Assembly: GCA_964636235.1 (NCBI GenBank)
Contig: CAZWQV010000003.1
Span: 1-62,891, forward strand
DNA from: an uncultured Thermoplasmatales archaeon
GTDB taxonomy: Archaea > Thermoplasmatota > E2 > DHVEG-1
Reading direction: 5' to 3'
Length of the DNA: 62,891 nt
The position numbers and the translations under genes were made by a program. Below the pieces are notes generated by a model that was given only the letters and a program-made list of their open reading frames with translations, was not told where the DNA came from and made no database searches. Positions 38,926-47,319 of this stretch are shown one piece after another; positions within the stretch are counted from its first letter, which is position 1, and each line of letters begins with the position of its first letter.

Positions 38926-39846
38926 GTGAGATTTGATAATGTTATGAAAAAAGTTCAAGGATTTTTTGGTTTAATAAGACCATTTACTTTACTTGCTCCT
39001 TTCATGGTATCAATAAATATTATTATTGCGAGTTTTTTTTATTCAAATTCACCTGGGCCCATTCTTTCTGAATTTTTTAAGATTATTCTTCCCGCTAGTT
39101 TTTGTTTTGCATTATTAAATGGTGCTTCAAATGCTCTAAATCAAGCAACAGATAAGAGGGCTGATTGCATCTCAAAATCATACAGGCCTATTCCACAAGG
39201 AATCATCTCAGTAAAAGAAGCATATATTGTATCAATTATCATGTATGTTGTTTCCTTTTATTTTGGGATGCTTATCCATCCGCTCTTTGTTTTATTTATT
39301 GGAATGATCACTTTTTTTACGTTTACCTATTCGCTCAGTCCACGAATGAAGGATAAATTATGGTTAAATCAACTATGGATCGCAATTCCTAGAGGATTTT
39401 TAGGAATACTTGCATCATGGAGTGTTTACGGCTCAATTTTTGATCCTCTACCATTAGTTATTGCATGTATCGCAGGTTTATTTTTATTTGGTGGCTCAAT
39501 CACCAAAGATGTAGCGGATAAAAATGCAGATCGTTTAGTAGGCACCAGAACATTGGTAAATATTTATGGGGAGGAAAAAGCAGCTTTTATGGTATTGCCC
39601 TTTCTTTTTTTTCCTTTCTTACTGATACCAATTACGATTAATTTAGGATTTATTCCCTCCTATTTTTGGTGTTTAACTTTTTTATCAATACCTGGTTTTA
39701 TTATTTTTAAATCAATGATAAATAAGAAAGTATCTCAAACTATTTTTGAAAATACAACTGCTTGGACATGTATGTATACTACCTATCTGATATTTGCCAT
39801 TTCTTTCTCTGTTATTACAGTTTTAGGAACAATATTATTTATATAA
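38926..39846 (+). CDS. UbiA family prenyltransferase (DGGGP synthase-like)
   Basis: NQATDKRAD..SKSYRPIPQG and KDVADKNAD Asp-rich motifs; multiple TM helices. Confidence 0.88.
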   Translation: MRFDNVMKKVQGFFGLIRPFTLLAPFMVSINIIIASFFYSNSPGPILSEFFKIILPASFCFALLNGASNALNQATDKRADCISKSYRPIPQGIISVKEAYIVSIIMYVVSFYFGMLIHPLFVLFIGMITFFTFTYSLSPRMKDKLWLNQLWIAIPRGFLGILASWSVYGSIFDPLPLVIACIAGLFLFGGSITKDVADKNADRLVGTRTLVNIYGEEKAAFMVLPFLFFPFLLIPITINLGFIPSYFWCLTFLSIPGFIIFKSMINKKVSQTIFENTTAWTCMYTTYLIFAISFSVITVLGTILFI

Positions 39847-39910
39847 ATTAGATATATTTTTAAAGAAAAAATATAAAAACAGTTGTTGCTTTCTATCATC
39901 TGGTGAATGT

Positions 39911-40204
39911 GTGGGAAATGATGATCTTTTAGTTGAAGAATATAAAACTGTAATATGGATTAATAAAAATAATATATTAAAAGCCTTAATATTAATAGCA
40001 ACTGGTTTGTTTATTGGAGGAATTCTTTCGTATAATTTTAATGATGATTATATTACCATTGGTTTAAGTTTAATCATTGGGTTTACCATTAGTGTATTAG
40101 GTGGATATTTTTCTTTAATCAACCAACCATTATATATTTTTGAGAAAAAAGAAATCCAAGAAGAAGAGGAACCTGAATTTCAAAGCACTATGAAAGTTGA
40201 ATAA
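39911..40204 (+). CDS. Hypothetical two-TM membrane protein
   Basis: 97-aa ORF with two hydrophobic helices. Confidence 0.6.
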   Translation: MGNDDLLVEEYKTVIWINKNNILKALILIATGLFIGGILSYNFNDDYITIGLSLIIGFTISVLGGYFSLINQPLYIFEKKEIQEEEEPEFQSTMKVE

Positions 40205-40219
40205 GAAGATCTTTTCATA

Positions 40220-40420
40220 CTATCCACCACTAATCATATGAATGACTTTTACGTCTGCCTCATCTGGAATGATGGTTGTGGCATATGATTCACGTGGGAT
40301 GTGTTTTTGATTGATTTTCACAATAACAAGTGGAAACGTAAATTTTATCCTTCTTAATAGATCTTGAACTGTTTCCTGTTCAACAAAATTATATTCCTTA
40401 TTATTCACTGTAATACTCAT
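40220..40420 (-). CDS. thiS: Sulfur carrier protein ThiS/MoaD family
   Basis: 66-aa ubiquitin-like protein ending in ISGG. Confidence 0.9.
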   Translation of the reverse strand: MSITVNNKEYNFVEQETVQDLLRRIKFTFPLVIVKINQKHIPRESYATTIIPDEADVKVIHMISGG

Positions 40421-40426
40421 ACTGAA

Positions 40427-41032
40427 TCACTTATTCATAAAAAGTTCCAAGACAATATTTGCCTGCCAATTTGCCATAAGACAGACCTTAGGTGCTAATA
40501 ATACATCCTCTTCGCTTGATTTTGCTTCATCATCACAAACAAGATAAAGATTGCCATTTTTTTTTGTGTGGATTCTATCCGAGTTTCCAACTCCTGCCAC
40601 CCCTGATGCAGCTATAAGAGGTTTATTAGGAAGATACTTGAGCACCTCTTCAATAAATTGGGTTTTCGTTTCAGCAGTATCCAATGCTTCTACAACAATA
40701 TCAACCTTCTGGAATGGTTTCCACATGGAACCTTTTTCTAATTTTATATTATGAAAATCACACCTTATGTTTGGATTAATATTTTCAATATTTTCCTTCA
40801 ATGCAAGGATTTTTTCCTTTCCAATCTGAGAGAGAAAATAATATTGTCGATTAAGATTGCTTTTTTCAACTATATCAAAATCCACAACCATTAATTTTGA
40901 AATACCTGCACGGGCTAAGGAAACAGCAACATTTGATCCAAGGCCACCTGCTCCTGCAATACCAACAGATTTTGATTCCAAAATTGCTGTTTGCCTCAAG
41001 TCTTGTTCTTCACTCATGTTTTTTATTACCAT
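40427..41032 (-). CDS. thiF: Sulfur carrier adenylyltransferase ThiF family (E1-like)
   Basis: GAGGLGS, DFDIVEKSNLNRQ, VEALD. Confidence 0.9.
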   Translation of the reverse strand: MVIKNMSEEQDLRQTAILESKSVGIAGAGGLGSNVAVSLARAGISKLMVVDFDIVEKSNLNRQYYFLSQIGKEKILALKENIENINPNIRCDFHNIKLEKGSMWKPFQKVDIVVEALDTAETKTQFIEEVLKYLPNKPLIAASGVAGVGNSDRIHTKKNGNLYLVCDDEAKSSEEDVLLAPKVCLMANWQANIVLELFMNK

Positions 41033-43347
41033 TTTTCCCAGTAATGTTCATTGCTATCAGGAGGTGTTTCATCATCTTTGTACTTTCCAACCCATGTATT
41101 CAAACCTATTTTTTCATCTTTATTGATTTTATCTTGAAGCATTTTCAGCATTTTTTTATCTGTAATACCCAATTGTTTCATTTTTTGAGGAGTAGGAATA
41201 CCATTCTGAGTCCAACCACGGCGGTAATAGACTGCATCAGCAAGCTTTTGATATTGATTTTGACGATAATCATAAAGTGTTTTCATTTTTTCTTCAATAT
41301 CCATTGTTTCAATTTTCTCTTTATTTATCCCAACATTTTCGACTAAAAACGTATCATATCGTTCTTTTCTACTGATATATTCCATCTTGGTAACCGGCCC
41401 CATGGATCGATAAGGAATCCAATCATCTTTACGAGTTCCACGGCCAAGCCAAACATTCATTGCTCGTTGCCAATTGTAACATCGTTCGCTTTGCAAAATA
41501 AGTTCTTCTTTATCCACATTCCACCCTGTTACTGCATTTTGATATTCAACATAGTTCTGTACATGTTCTGGAACTTTGGCTGGTTCATCGGTTTCTGCAT
41601 TACCTTTGGGTTCAACATCATTCCATGGAAGTTTACAAAGACCATTTAATCCAAACCAGGTACGCCACATGGGAAAATAATGTAATGCTTCTGCTTTATC
41701 AGTAAAGGTTGGAATTTGATTATTGACCATATCCATGAAAATAAGCCATGCTTCATCATGTTGTGGTCCTTTTAACGTTAATCCATATCCGCCTTGCATT
41801 GCTAGTGATTCTTTGGTGACATATTCGCTATATTCAAGTCCCTTACTTTCCATACCGCAGTCATTGATCAACTGTGGGTCTCCCCATTGTTTTTCAATAA
41901 GCCAGTCTTTCACTCGTTTAATGCCCTTTGCGGCGACCTGTATAAATTCACCTTTATCTCCTTTTGCTATTCGATGAACCAACTCTAAAACCGCATCATT
42001 ATTGCCAAAGCAAAGTTCAAGTCCATCGCATCGTTCCTTGTTTAAAATACCATATTCATACATTTCCATGTAAAATGCGATTGCAGTGCCCGTTGATATA
42101 GTATCTAGACCATAGGTGTCACAATAGAAATTGAATTCCAGAATCCATAATGGATCCCACATGCTCATATTTGCACCACACCCGCAGGTTTCATATTCTG
42201 GTCCATCTACAGTTACTTTTTGACCTTGATATGGCCCGGTCATGACCGTAAAAGCATCTACTGTTTTGGCACAAGCCATTGTACAACCATGCCAACAACC
42301 ATCAGGGATAATCTTCGTAAAATGTTTGTAGAATTCAGGTGAATAAATTTTTGATGCTTTTGGAAAACTACCGAATCGATAATTTTCAGTGGGAAGTAAA
42401 TCGTAATCATCCATAATTTCAACCAAATGCGCAGTTCCAACTGCACGCATATTACATTGATAACGATCCAGCTCTCTTATTTCTCGATGTAATTTTGTGC
42501 CAACTTCTGCTAGTTTATCTGGATTTGCAGGATGGTTTGCTACTCCATCAAAATCTTCAACTTTTGCCACAATTGCTTTAATATGCTTATTTCTAAGAAC
42601 AGTACCAAGGCCACCTCTTCCAGCTTGTTTTAAACGAGGCACTTTTCTTCGAATATCGTAAAATGAAAAATTCATACAACCCCAGTAACTATGTTCTGCA
42701 CCTTTACCTGCACTAACAACAGATATTTTCTGCCTTGCTTTTTCTGTATCTTCTGATGCATACATATAGGTCAATTGTTCGGCGAGAAGATGACTATTTG
42801 TTTCTTCCTCCGGTGCGGTTTCAATACGGATTTCTCCTTTTTCACCATCGATGACAATAACCACATCATCAGTTGCTTTTCCCTGAATTTCTAAGGCATC
42901 AAATCCAGCAAATTTTAAATACGGTCCAAAAAACCCGCCTACATTACTATCACAAATAATATCAGTTGATGGTGAAACAGATAAACATAATGATTTTCCA
43001 GAGCCAGGATATTGGGTGGTTCCACACAGTGGACCAGTGGTGATTAATAATTCATTTTCCTCTGAGTCCCACCGAGTAGTTGGTTTGATAGAATCCCATA
43101 ATAATTTTAATCCAAAACCTCTGCCGCCTGTAAAGATTTTCTTCATTTCTTCAGTTACTTTCTTTTCTTTAATCTCGTGAGTTGATAAATTAATATATAA
43201 TGTACGATTACAATAGCCTTTTTCAATAGTTCCCTTTTTGAATGTATATAATTTGATTGACTTATGCTTTGATTGAATTTTTTCAATGTTCCATTGATGT
43301 TTTGTATTACCTGAATTATATTGTTCGACTGGTATTTGTCCTTCCAT
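41026..43347 (-). CDS. aor: Tungsten-containing aldehyde:ferredoxin oxidoreductase family protein
   Basis: FTGGRGFG, SNVGGFFG, AGRGGLG, GPEYET, DTYGLDTIS. Confidence 0.93.
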   Translation of the reverse strand: MEGQIPVEQYNSGNTKHQWNIEKIQSKHKSIKLYTFKKGTIEKGYCNRTLYINLSTHEIKEKKVTEEMKKIFTGGRGFGLKLLWDSIKPTTRWDSEENELLITTGPLCGTTQYPGSGKSLCLSVSPSTDIICDSNVGGFFGPYLKFAGFDALEIQGKATDDVVIVIDGEKGEIRIETAPEEETNSHLLAEQLTYMYASEDTEKARQKISVVSAGKGAEHSYWGCMNFSFYDIRRKVPRLKQAGRGGLGTVLRNKHIKAIVAKVEDFDGVANHPANPDKLAEVGTKLHREIRELDRYQCNMRAVGTAHLVEIMDDYDLLPTENYRFGSFPKASKIYSPEFYKHFTKIIPDGCWHGCTMACAKTVDAFTVMTGPYQGQKVTVDGPEYETCGCGANMSMWDPLWILEFNFYCDTYGLDTISTGTAIAFYMEMYEYGILNKERCDGLELCFGNNDAVLELVHRIAKGDKGEFIQVAAKGIKRVKDWLIEKQWGDPQLINDCGMESKGLEYSEYVTKESLAMQGGYGLTLKGPQHDEAWLIFMDMVNNQIPTFTDKAEALHYFPMWRTWFGLNGLCKLPWNDVEPKGNAETDEPAKVPEHVQNYVEYQNAVTGWNVDKEELILQSERCYNWQRAMNVWLGRGTRKDDWIPYRSMGPVTKMEYISRKERYDTFLVENVGINKEKIETMDIEEKMKTLYDYRQNQYQKLADAVYYRRGWTQNGIPTPQKMKQLGITDKKMLKMLQDKINKDEKIGLNTWVGKYKDDETPPDSNEHYWEKW

Positions 43348-43350
43348 GAA

Positions 43351-43800
43351 TTAAACCCCCAATTTATGATAGACAGTTTCTTTAATATCCGAAATATTTT
43401 TTTCTACTAATTCTAATGCATTTTCAGGACATGCACGAACGCAAGCTCCGCATGAGATACATTTAAATGGTTCAATTCTCTTGGATGATTTTCTCATTGC
43501 ACTAATAGGACAAAAACCAACACAGGCTTGACAACCAATGCAAATCTTTTTATCTAGAATAATAACTCCCTTTTTGTTCCGTTTTAAAGCGCCAACTGGG
43601 CACATGTCTAGACATAATCCTCGCTGATCACATGCTAACATATGATATGAGCCGTTTTTTTTGGTAATTTGAATGGCTGATTGTTCTCCGCCGTCTTTTG
43701 TTTTAAAATGTACGTTAGAACAAGCTTTCATACATTCCATGCATCCTTTGCATTTTTCTTGATGGAACACTAATGCTTTCACCGTTTTCGGTTCACTCAT
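43351..43800 (-). CDS. 4Fe-4S dicluster ferredoxin-type subunit
   Basis: CKGCMECMKAC, CDQ..LCLDMCP, CIGCQACVGFCP, CISCGACVRACP. Confidence 0.92.
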   Translation of the reverse strand: MSEPKTVKALVFHQEKCKGCMECMKACSNVHFKTKDGGEQSAIQITKKNGSYHMLACDQRGLCLDMCPVGALKRNKKGVIILDKKICIGCQACVGFCPISAMRKSSKRIEPFKCISCGACVRACPENALELVEKNISDIKETVYHKLGV

Positions 43801-43820
43801 TTTTTATCACCGAATAGTAA

Positions 43821-44471
43821 TTAAATATAAAAAATCCAATTTCCTAGGACAATTATCCAACAGAGGGTGGCGGTACCAAGTGTTGCAGGATAATAATACT
43901 TATCCCTAAGTGTAAGATGAATAGTTTTTAATGATAAAGTAACCGGTACGCTTATTGCCCCAATTAATGCAACTGGCAATGCTCTGCTTAATATCTGCGG
44001 TAAAAATGATATTAAATCGTCTAAACTAAAAACGCCAGTGGCTACAATTGGTGTTAATATTTGGGTTACAATATAACCGCCAGTAAATACAGTGAAAGCA
44101 GTGAATACTCCAAGACTGACCTTCATTGTTAAATTATCACTAATCTTATGTAAATCCAATGTTGTGGTATAATTCCATATTAATTCAAAAAGCATACCTT
44201 CTGCCATTATTGCAATTGCAGAACATATTTGACAACCACCAAATGGATTAAAATATCGTAAGGATCCAGCAATCAGCCCCATGCCAACTTGCATACCCCT
44301 TTGTTGAAACATCATTCTACTGAATACCAAAAAAAACATAGCAAATAAACCAGTCATCAGCATTCCTTCCGGAAGACCTCTATCTGCTAACATTGGTCCA
44401 ATTATACATTCAGAAAATCCCCATAGCGATCCTAATACAATCATTCCTGCAAACATTTTCATTTTATTCAT
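43821..44471 (-). CDS. Integral membrane protein, ECF S-component-like
   Basis: ~216 aa, about six hydrophobic helices, GSLWGFSE N-terminal motif; family call is inference. Confidence 0.55.
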   Translation of the reverse strand: MNKMKMFAGMIVLGSLWGFSECIIGPMLADRGLPEGMLMTGLFAMFFLVFSRMMFQQRGMQVGMGLIAGSLRYFNPFGGCQICSAIAIMAEGMLFELIWNYTTTLDLHKISDNLTMKVSLGVFTAFTVFTGGYIVTQILTPIVATGVFSLDDLISFLPQILSRALPVALIGAISVPVTLSLKTIHLTLRDKYYYPATLGTATLCWIIVLGNWIFYI

Positions 44472-44899
44472 AATTCATCTACCTCTATTTCTATAATATT
44501 ACCTACCCAGAAAGCATGCGCTAGATCCGAGAAGAAAATCCTTTTTTCTTTTGATAAGATTCCATCCTTAAAATTATCCCAAAGAATTGTTTTTTGATAA
44601 CTATCTGATGCCTTAATTGTGTACTGAAATTGACCTGGATTAGATATTCCAACATATCCAATAAGGGTATCCAATCCAATACCTGTTTTTGTTCCATCGT
44701 CGGTTTCAATAGATTTGGAAGTTAATTCATCAAATAAAGAATCAAAGTTATATTCATTATCATTAATGATGATATTATTCGAATTTATGTTTAATTGTAT
44801 AGCATGAACATATAATGTTGAACTGATTCCGATGAGGAGAACAATGATAGCGAAAAAGGGGATTAATCTCTCCTTATTTTTTATCATGATTGCAGGCAT
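44468..44899 (-). CDS. Exported protein, molybdopterin oxidoreductase-like fold (non-catalytic?)
   Basis: N-terminal TM helix; TGIGLDTLI...YTIKASDSY...WV..I.EIEV pattern. Confidence 0.55.
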   Translation of the reverse strand: MPAIMIKNKERLIPFFAIIVLLIGISSTLYVHAIQLNINSNNIIINDNEYNFDSLFDELTSKSIETDDGTKTGIGLDTLIGYVGISNPGQFQYTIKASDSYQKTILWDNFKDGILSKEKRIFFSDLAHAFWVGNIIEIEVDEL

Positions 44900-44988
44900 A
44901 TTGCTGCCTATTATATAAAAATTATGATTATCATTTTGAAAGAGGGTGATATTTTTGAATGATTTTTTTAGATTATGAATTTATTTTA

Positions 44989-45651
44989 CTATGCTATTAA
45001 AGGTAAAATTATTATTGAGAAAAATCTATTTGTTCCATGTAATATCCATGAACCAGTAAGATTTTTTGACCTTCTACTTATCTCAGTAGTTAAAAAACCT
45101 TGCACAACTGTACTGATTATAAAAAGATTGGAAAAATTTTGAGGATGCATAAGAATAAAGCTTGACAATGAAGTAATATAGGCAATTTTTAGGTTTGTTT
45201 TGCTCATGAGATAAAGAAATAGAATTCCCCTGAAAAAAAATTCTTCAGTAAATGATTCGATAAAACTTGTTATACCAAGTTCAAGGTTTATGGTATTATT
45301 AATATATGTGGTAATAATCAAAATTAAATATGTTACCAGTAACATGATAGGAATAAGTAGTAACCCAAGTTTAATGCTAGGTTTAATACCCTTATTTGAA
45401 ATTCCAAGTTTTTCAAATATGTTCTTATAATTATTTTTTCTCCATTCGTACATAAAAAGAATGAATAATGGTATCAAAACAAATAGAATAAATTTAGTTA
45501 TAATATTAGCTGTTGATCTAATACTTAGTGTTAACGGCCAATATAAAATAATGATAAATAGGATTAAAAATGTAATAATTATTATTTCCTCTAATGCCTT
45601 CTTTTTATAAATTGATGTATATATGACTGGTAAAAACATAGGGAGTATCAT
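44989..45651 (-). CDS. CPBP (CAAX/Abi) intramembrane metalloprotease
   Basis: EEFFFRG, F..MH, HGTNR motifs. Confidence 0.9.
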   Translation of the reverse strand: MILPMFLPVIYTSIYKKKALEEIIIITFLILFIIILYWPLTLSIRSTANIITKFILFVLIPLFILFMYEWRKNNYKNIFEKLGISNKGIKPSIKLGLLLIPIMLLVTYLILIITTYINNTINLELGITSFIESFTEEFFFRGILFLYLMSKTNLKIAYITSLSSFILMHPQNFSNLFIISTVVQGFLTTEISRRSKNLTGSWILHGTNRFFSIIILPLIA

Positions 45652-45847
45652 TGGCCATAAAAAAAAATTAAACTGTACGATTGAAGATCACCATAGATGA
45701 TAATTTATTATTGTATAAATCAATTATGAAATTTTAATGTAATTATTTTTTATTAATTTTACAAGAGTATGACATTTGACTCATTTGTTGAGCATGTATA
45801 TTAATTGATAATAAAATTTATATATTATATTTTCATTAAAATAATCT

Positions 45848-45925
45848 TGTAGAGAAGTGGGGATGAAAGATATTTTTTTTATAATCTATCTTTCCTCACC
45901 ATTCATCAATTCCCCCTTCTCTACA
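45848..45925. repeat. Imperfect inverted repeat/hairpin element in an AT-rich intergenic region
   Basis: TGTAGAGAAG (45848-45857) / CTTCTCTACA (45916-45925) perfect 10-bp arms plus inner complementary segments. Confidence 0.6.
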
Positions 45926-46040
45926 TTACATAGATTACGTAAAAAAATCTTAAAAAGTATTAAAAAAGTAATTTAAATATCTATAATTATTTATACTAAA
46001 ATAATACTAATATATTTATAAATTGAGGAATTTAATTATA

Positions 46041-46187
46041 ATGAAAATATATTATAGATGTAATATATGTAATAAAAAATTTAATAAACCAATATTATTG
46101 AAAGGTGTATTCGTTTGTCCAAAATGTAAAACTCCAGATTTTGAAAAAGTACATGATTCAAAATTAATAGAATCCTATTTTATTTAA
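46041..46187 (+). CDS. 48-aa Zn-ribbon micro-protein (not in ORF track)
   Basis: Manual translation MKIYYRCNICNKKFNKPILLKGVFVCPKCKTPDFEKVHDSKLIESYFI; GAGGA SD at 46025-46029. Confidence 0.75.
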   Translation: MKIYYRCNICNKKFNKPILLKGVFVCPKCKTPDFEKVHDSKLIESYFI

Positions 46188-46208
46188 TAAAAATAATAAA
46201 ATATTAAC

Positions 46209-46652
46209 TTATTTTTGAGCGATCCAGGCAATTCCTTCATTTAAGGATTTAAAATGTTTTGTTTTAATATTATATTCTTGTTTTATTGGAAGTAAGGATC
46301 GATCATATTCTTCAAAAAAGACTTTAACTTGTTCATCTTCGCCTGTGATAATAGCAATATTATGTACACCCAGTTTTGCTACTGAAGGAAAAAATTCTTT
46401 TGTAATGAGATTACTATATGATAGTGATGAAAATTTTTCTACGGTTAATATTATTTTTTTCGCTCGTAATTTTTCTATTTGAAGATTAATGATTTTGAGC
46501 AATCGCTTTAATGCACCATAATCACTACATGCCATTTTCCCAACTACTTCTATACAATTATCAATATGGTTCCTATTTATTCTAATAAATTGGTCTTCAT
46601 ATTGGATGTTCATTATATCTAGTCCTGTTTTTGTAATAAACTTTTTTTTCAT
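46209..46652 (-). CDS. SpoIIAA-like (STAS/SEC14) domain protein
   Basis: alpha/beta pattern, NIAIIT, C-terminal HFKSLNEGIAWI (F..x.EA..W motif). Confidence 0.6.
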   Translation of the reverse strand: MKKKFITKTGLDIMNIQYEDQFIRINRNHIDNCIEVVGKMACSDYGALKRLLKIINLQIEKLRAKKIILTVEKFSSLSYSNLITKEFFPSVAKLGVHNIAIITGEDEQVKVFFEEYDRSLLPIKQEYNIKTKHFKSLNEGIAWIAQK

Positions 46653-46754
46653 TCATGATATATAAAAGATAACTGGTTTTTTATCAAAATTGTTAAAAAA
46701 TATAATTTTAATTATAACATAACTTATTTAATAAATAATAATGGAATTAATTAA

Positions 46755-47081
46755 CTAGAAAAATGATTCCATAATTTTTTTACCATAATCTGTGATTCGA
46801 TAAATAATAAAATTATTATTGATTTTGACTTGTTCAATTATATCCATCCCCATAAGAGATTCTTCATTTCTATACATTGATTTATATCCTTTTAAGGCAC
46901 CAATGACGTTTATTGGGGTAGTGTTTATCATATATGCTATATCTGATGGATAGCTCCCATTGGGACTAATATCAAATAAATATTCGGCCACCTGTTTCCG
47001 AATCTTACTTCTTCGTAACGACCTTATGATTAACGGCCTCATCATGTCTACCGTGTTTGCTTTTTCAATTCCCAAATTCAA
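46755..47081 (-). CDS. EarA-family winged-HTH transcriptional regulator
   Basis: RSLRRSKIRKQVAEYL...SYPSDIA...NVIGALKG..SMY.NEESL, the EarA family signature. Confidence 0.8.
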   Translation of the reverse strand: MNLGIEKANTVDMMRPLIIRSLRRSKIRKQVAEYLFDISPNGSYPSDIAYMINTTPINVIGALKGYKSMYRNEESLMGMDIIEQVKINNNFIIYRITDYGKKIMESFF

Positions 47082-47098
47082 TCCTGTATCCCATCTCT

Positions 47099-47161
47099 TA
47101 TGTAACGCATAATATAGATTTTTGATTTTATAAAGGATTTGTCTATGTAATCATATACATA
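47099..47161. promoter_or_regulatory. TATA box of the EarA-like gene flanked by TATGTA/TACATA boxes
   Basis: TATGTA 47099-47104; TTTATAAA 47128-47135; TATGTA-N6-TACATA 47144-47161. Confidence 0.5.
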
Positions 47162-47260
47162 CAGATGTCCTTGCACACATAGCTTACTATCCTATTGAAT
47201 ATTATCTTCAATTTTTAATTAACATTCTATCCTATTTTATTATTCTAAAAAATATTAAAA

Positions 47261-47296
47261 TGTACAAATATGTACAACAAAGATTAATATAGTACA
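47261..47296 (+). promoter_or_regulatory. trp operon promoter with TRP-box-like repeats
   Basis: TGTACA 47261-47266 and 47271-47276, TATA-like TTAATATA 47284-47291, AGTACA 47291-47296; trpE ATG at 47320. Confidence 0.6.
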
Positions 47297-47319
47297 ATAA
47301 TGATAAATATTAATGCACT

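Noticed and set aside
40418-40429. ThiF TGA stop is in frame with the ThiS ATG (TGA TTC AGT ATG), suggesting read-through or selenocysteine
   Set aside because: The TGA is part of a GTGA SD for thiS, no SECIS-like hairpin was seen, and a 1-in-3 frame match is unremarkable
47269-47274. Fourth TATGTA box near trpE
   Set aside because: It overlaps the TGTACA box at 47271, so it is not independent evidence for EarA binding
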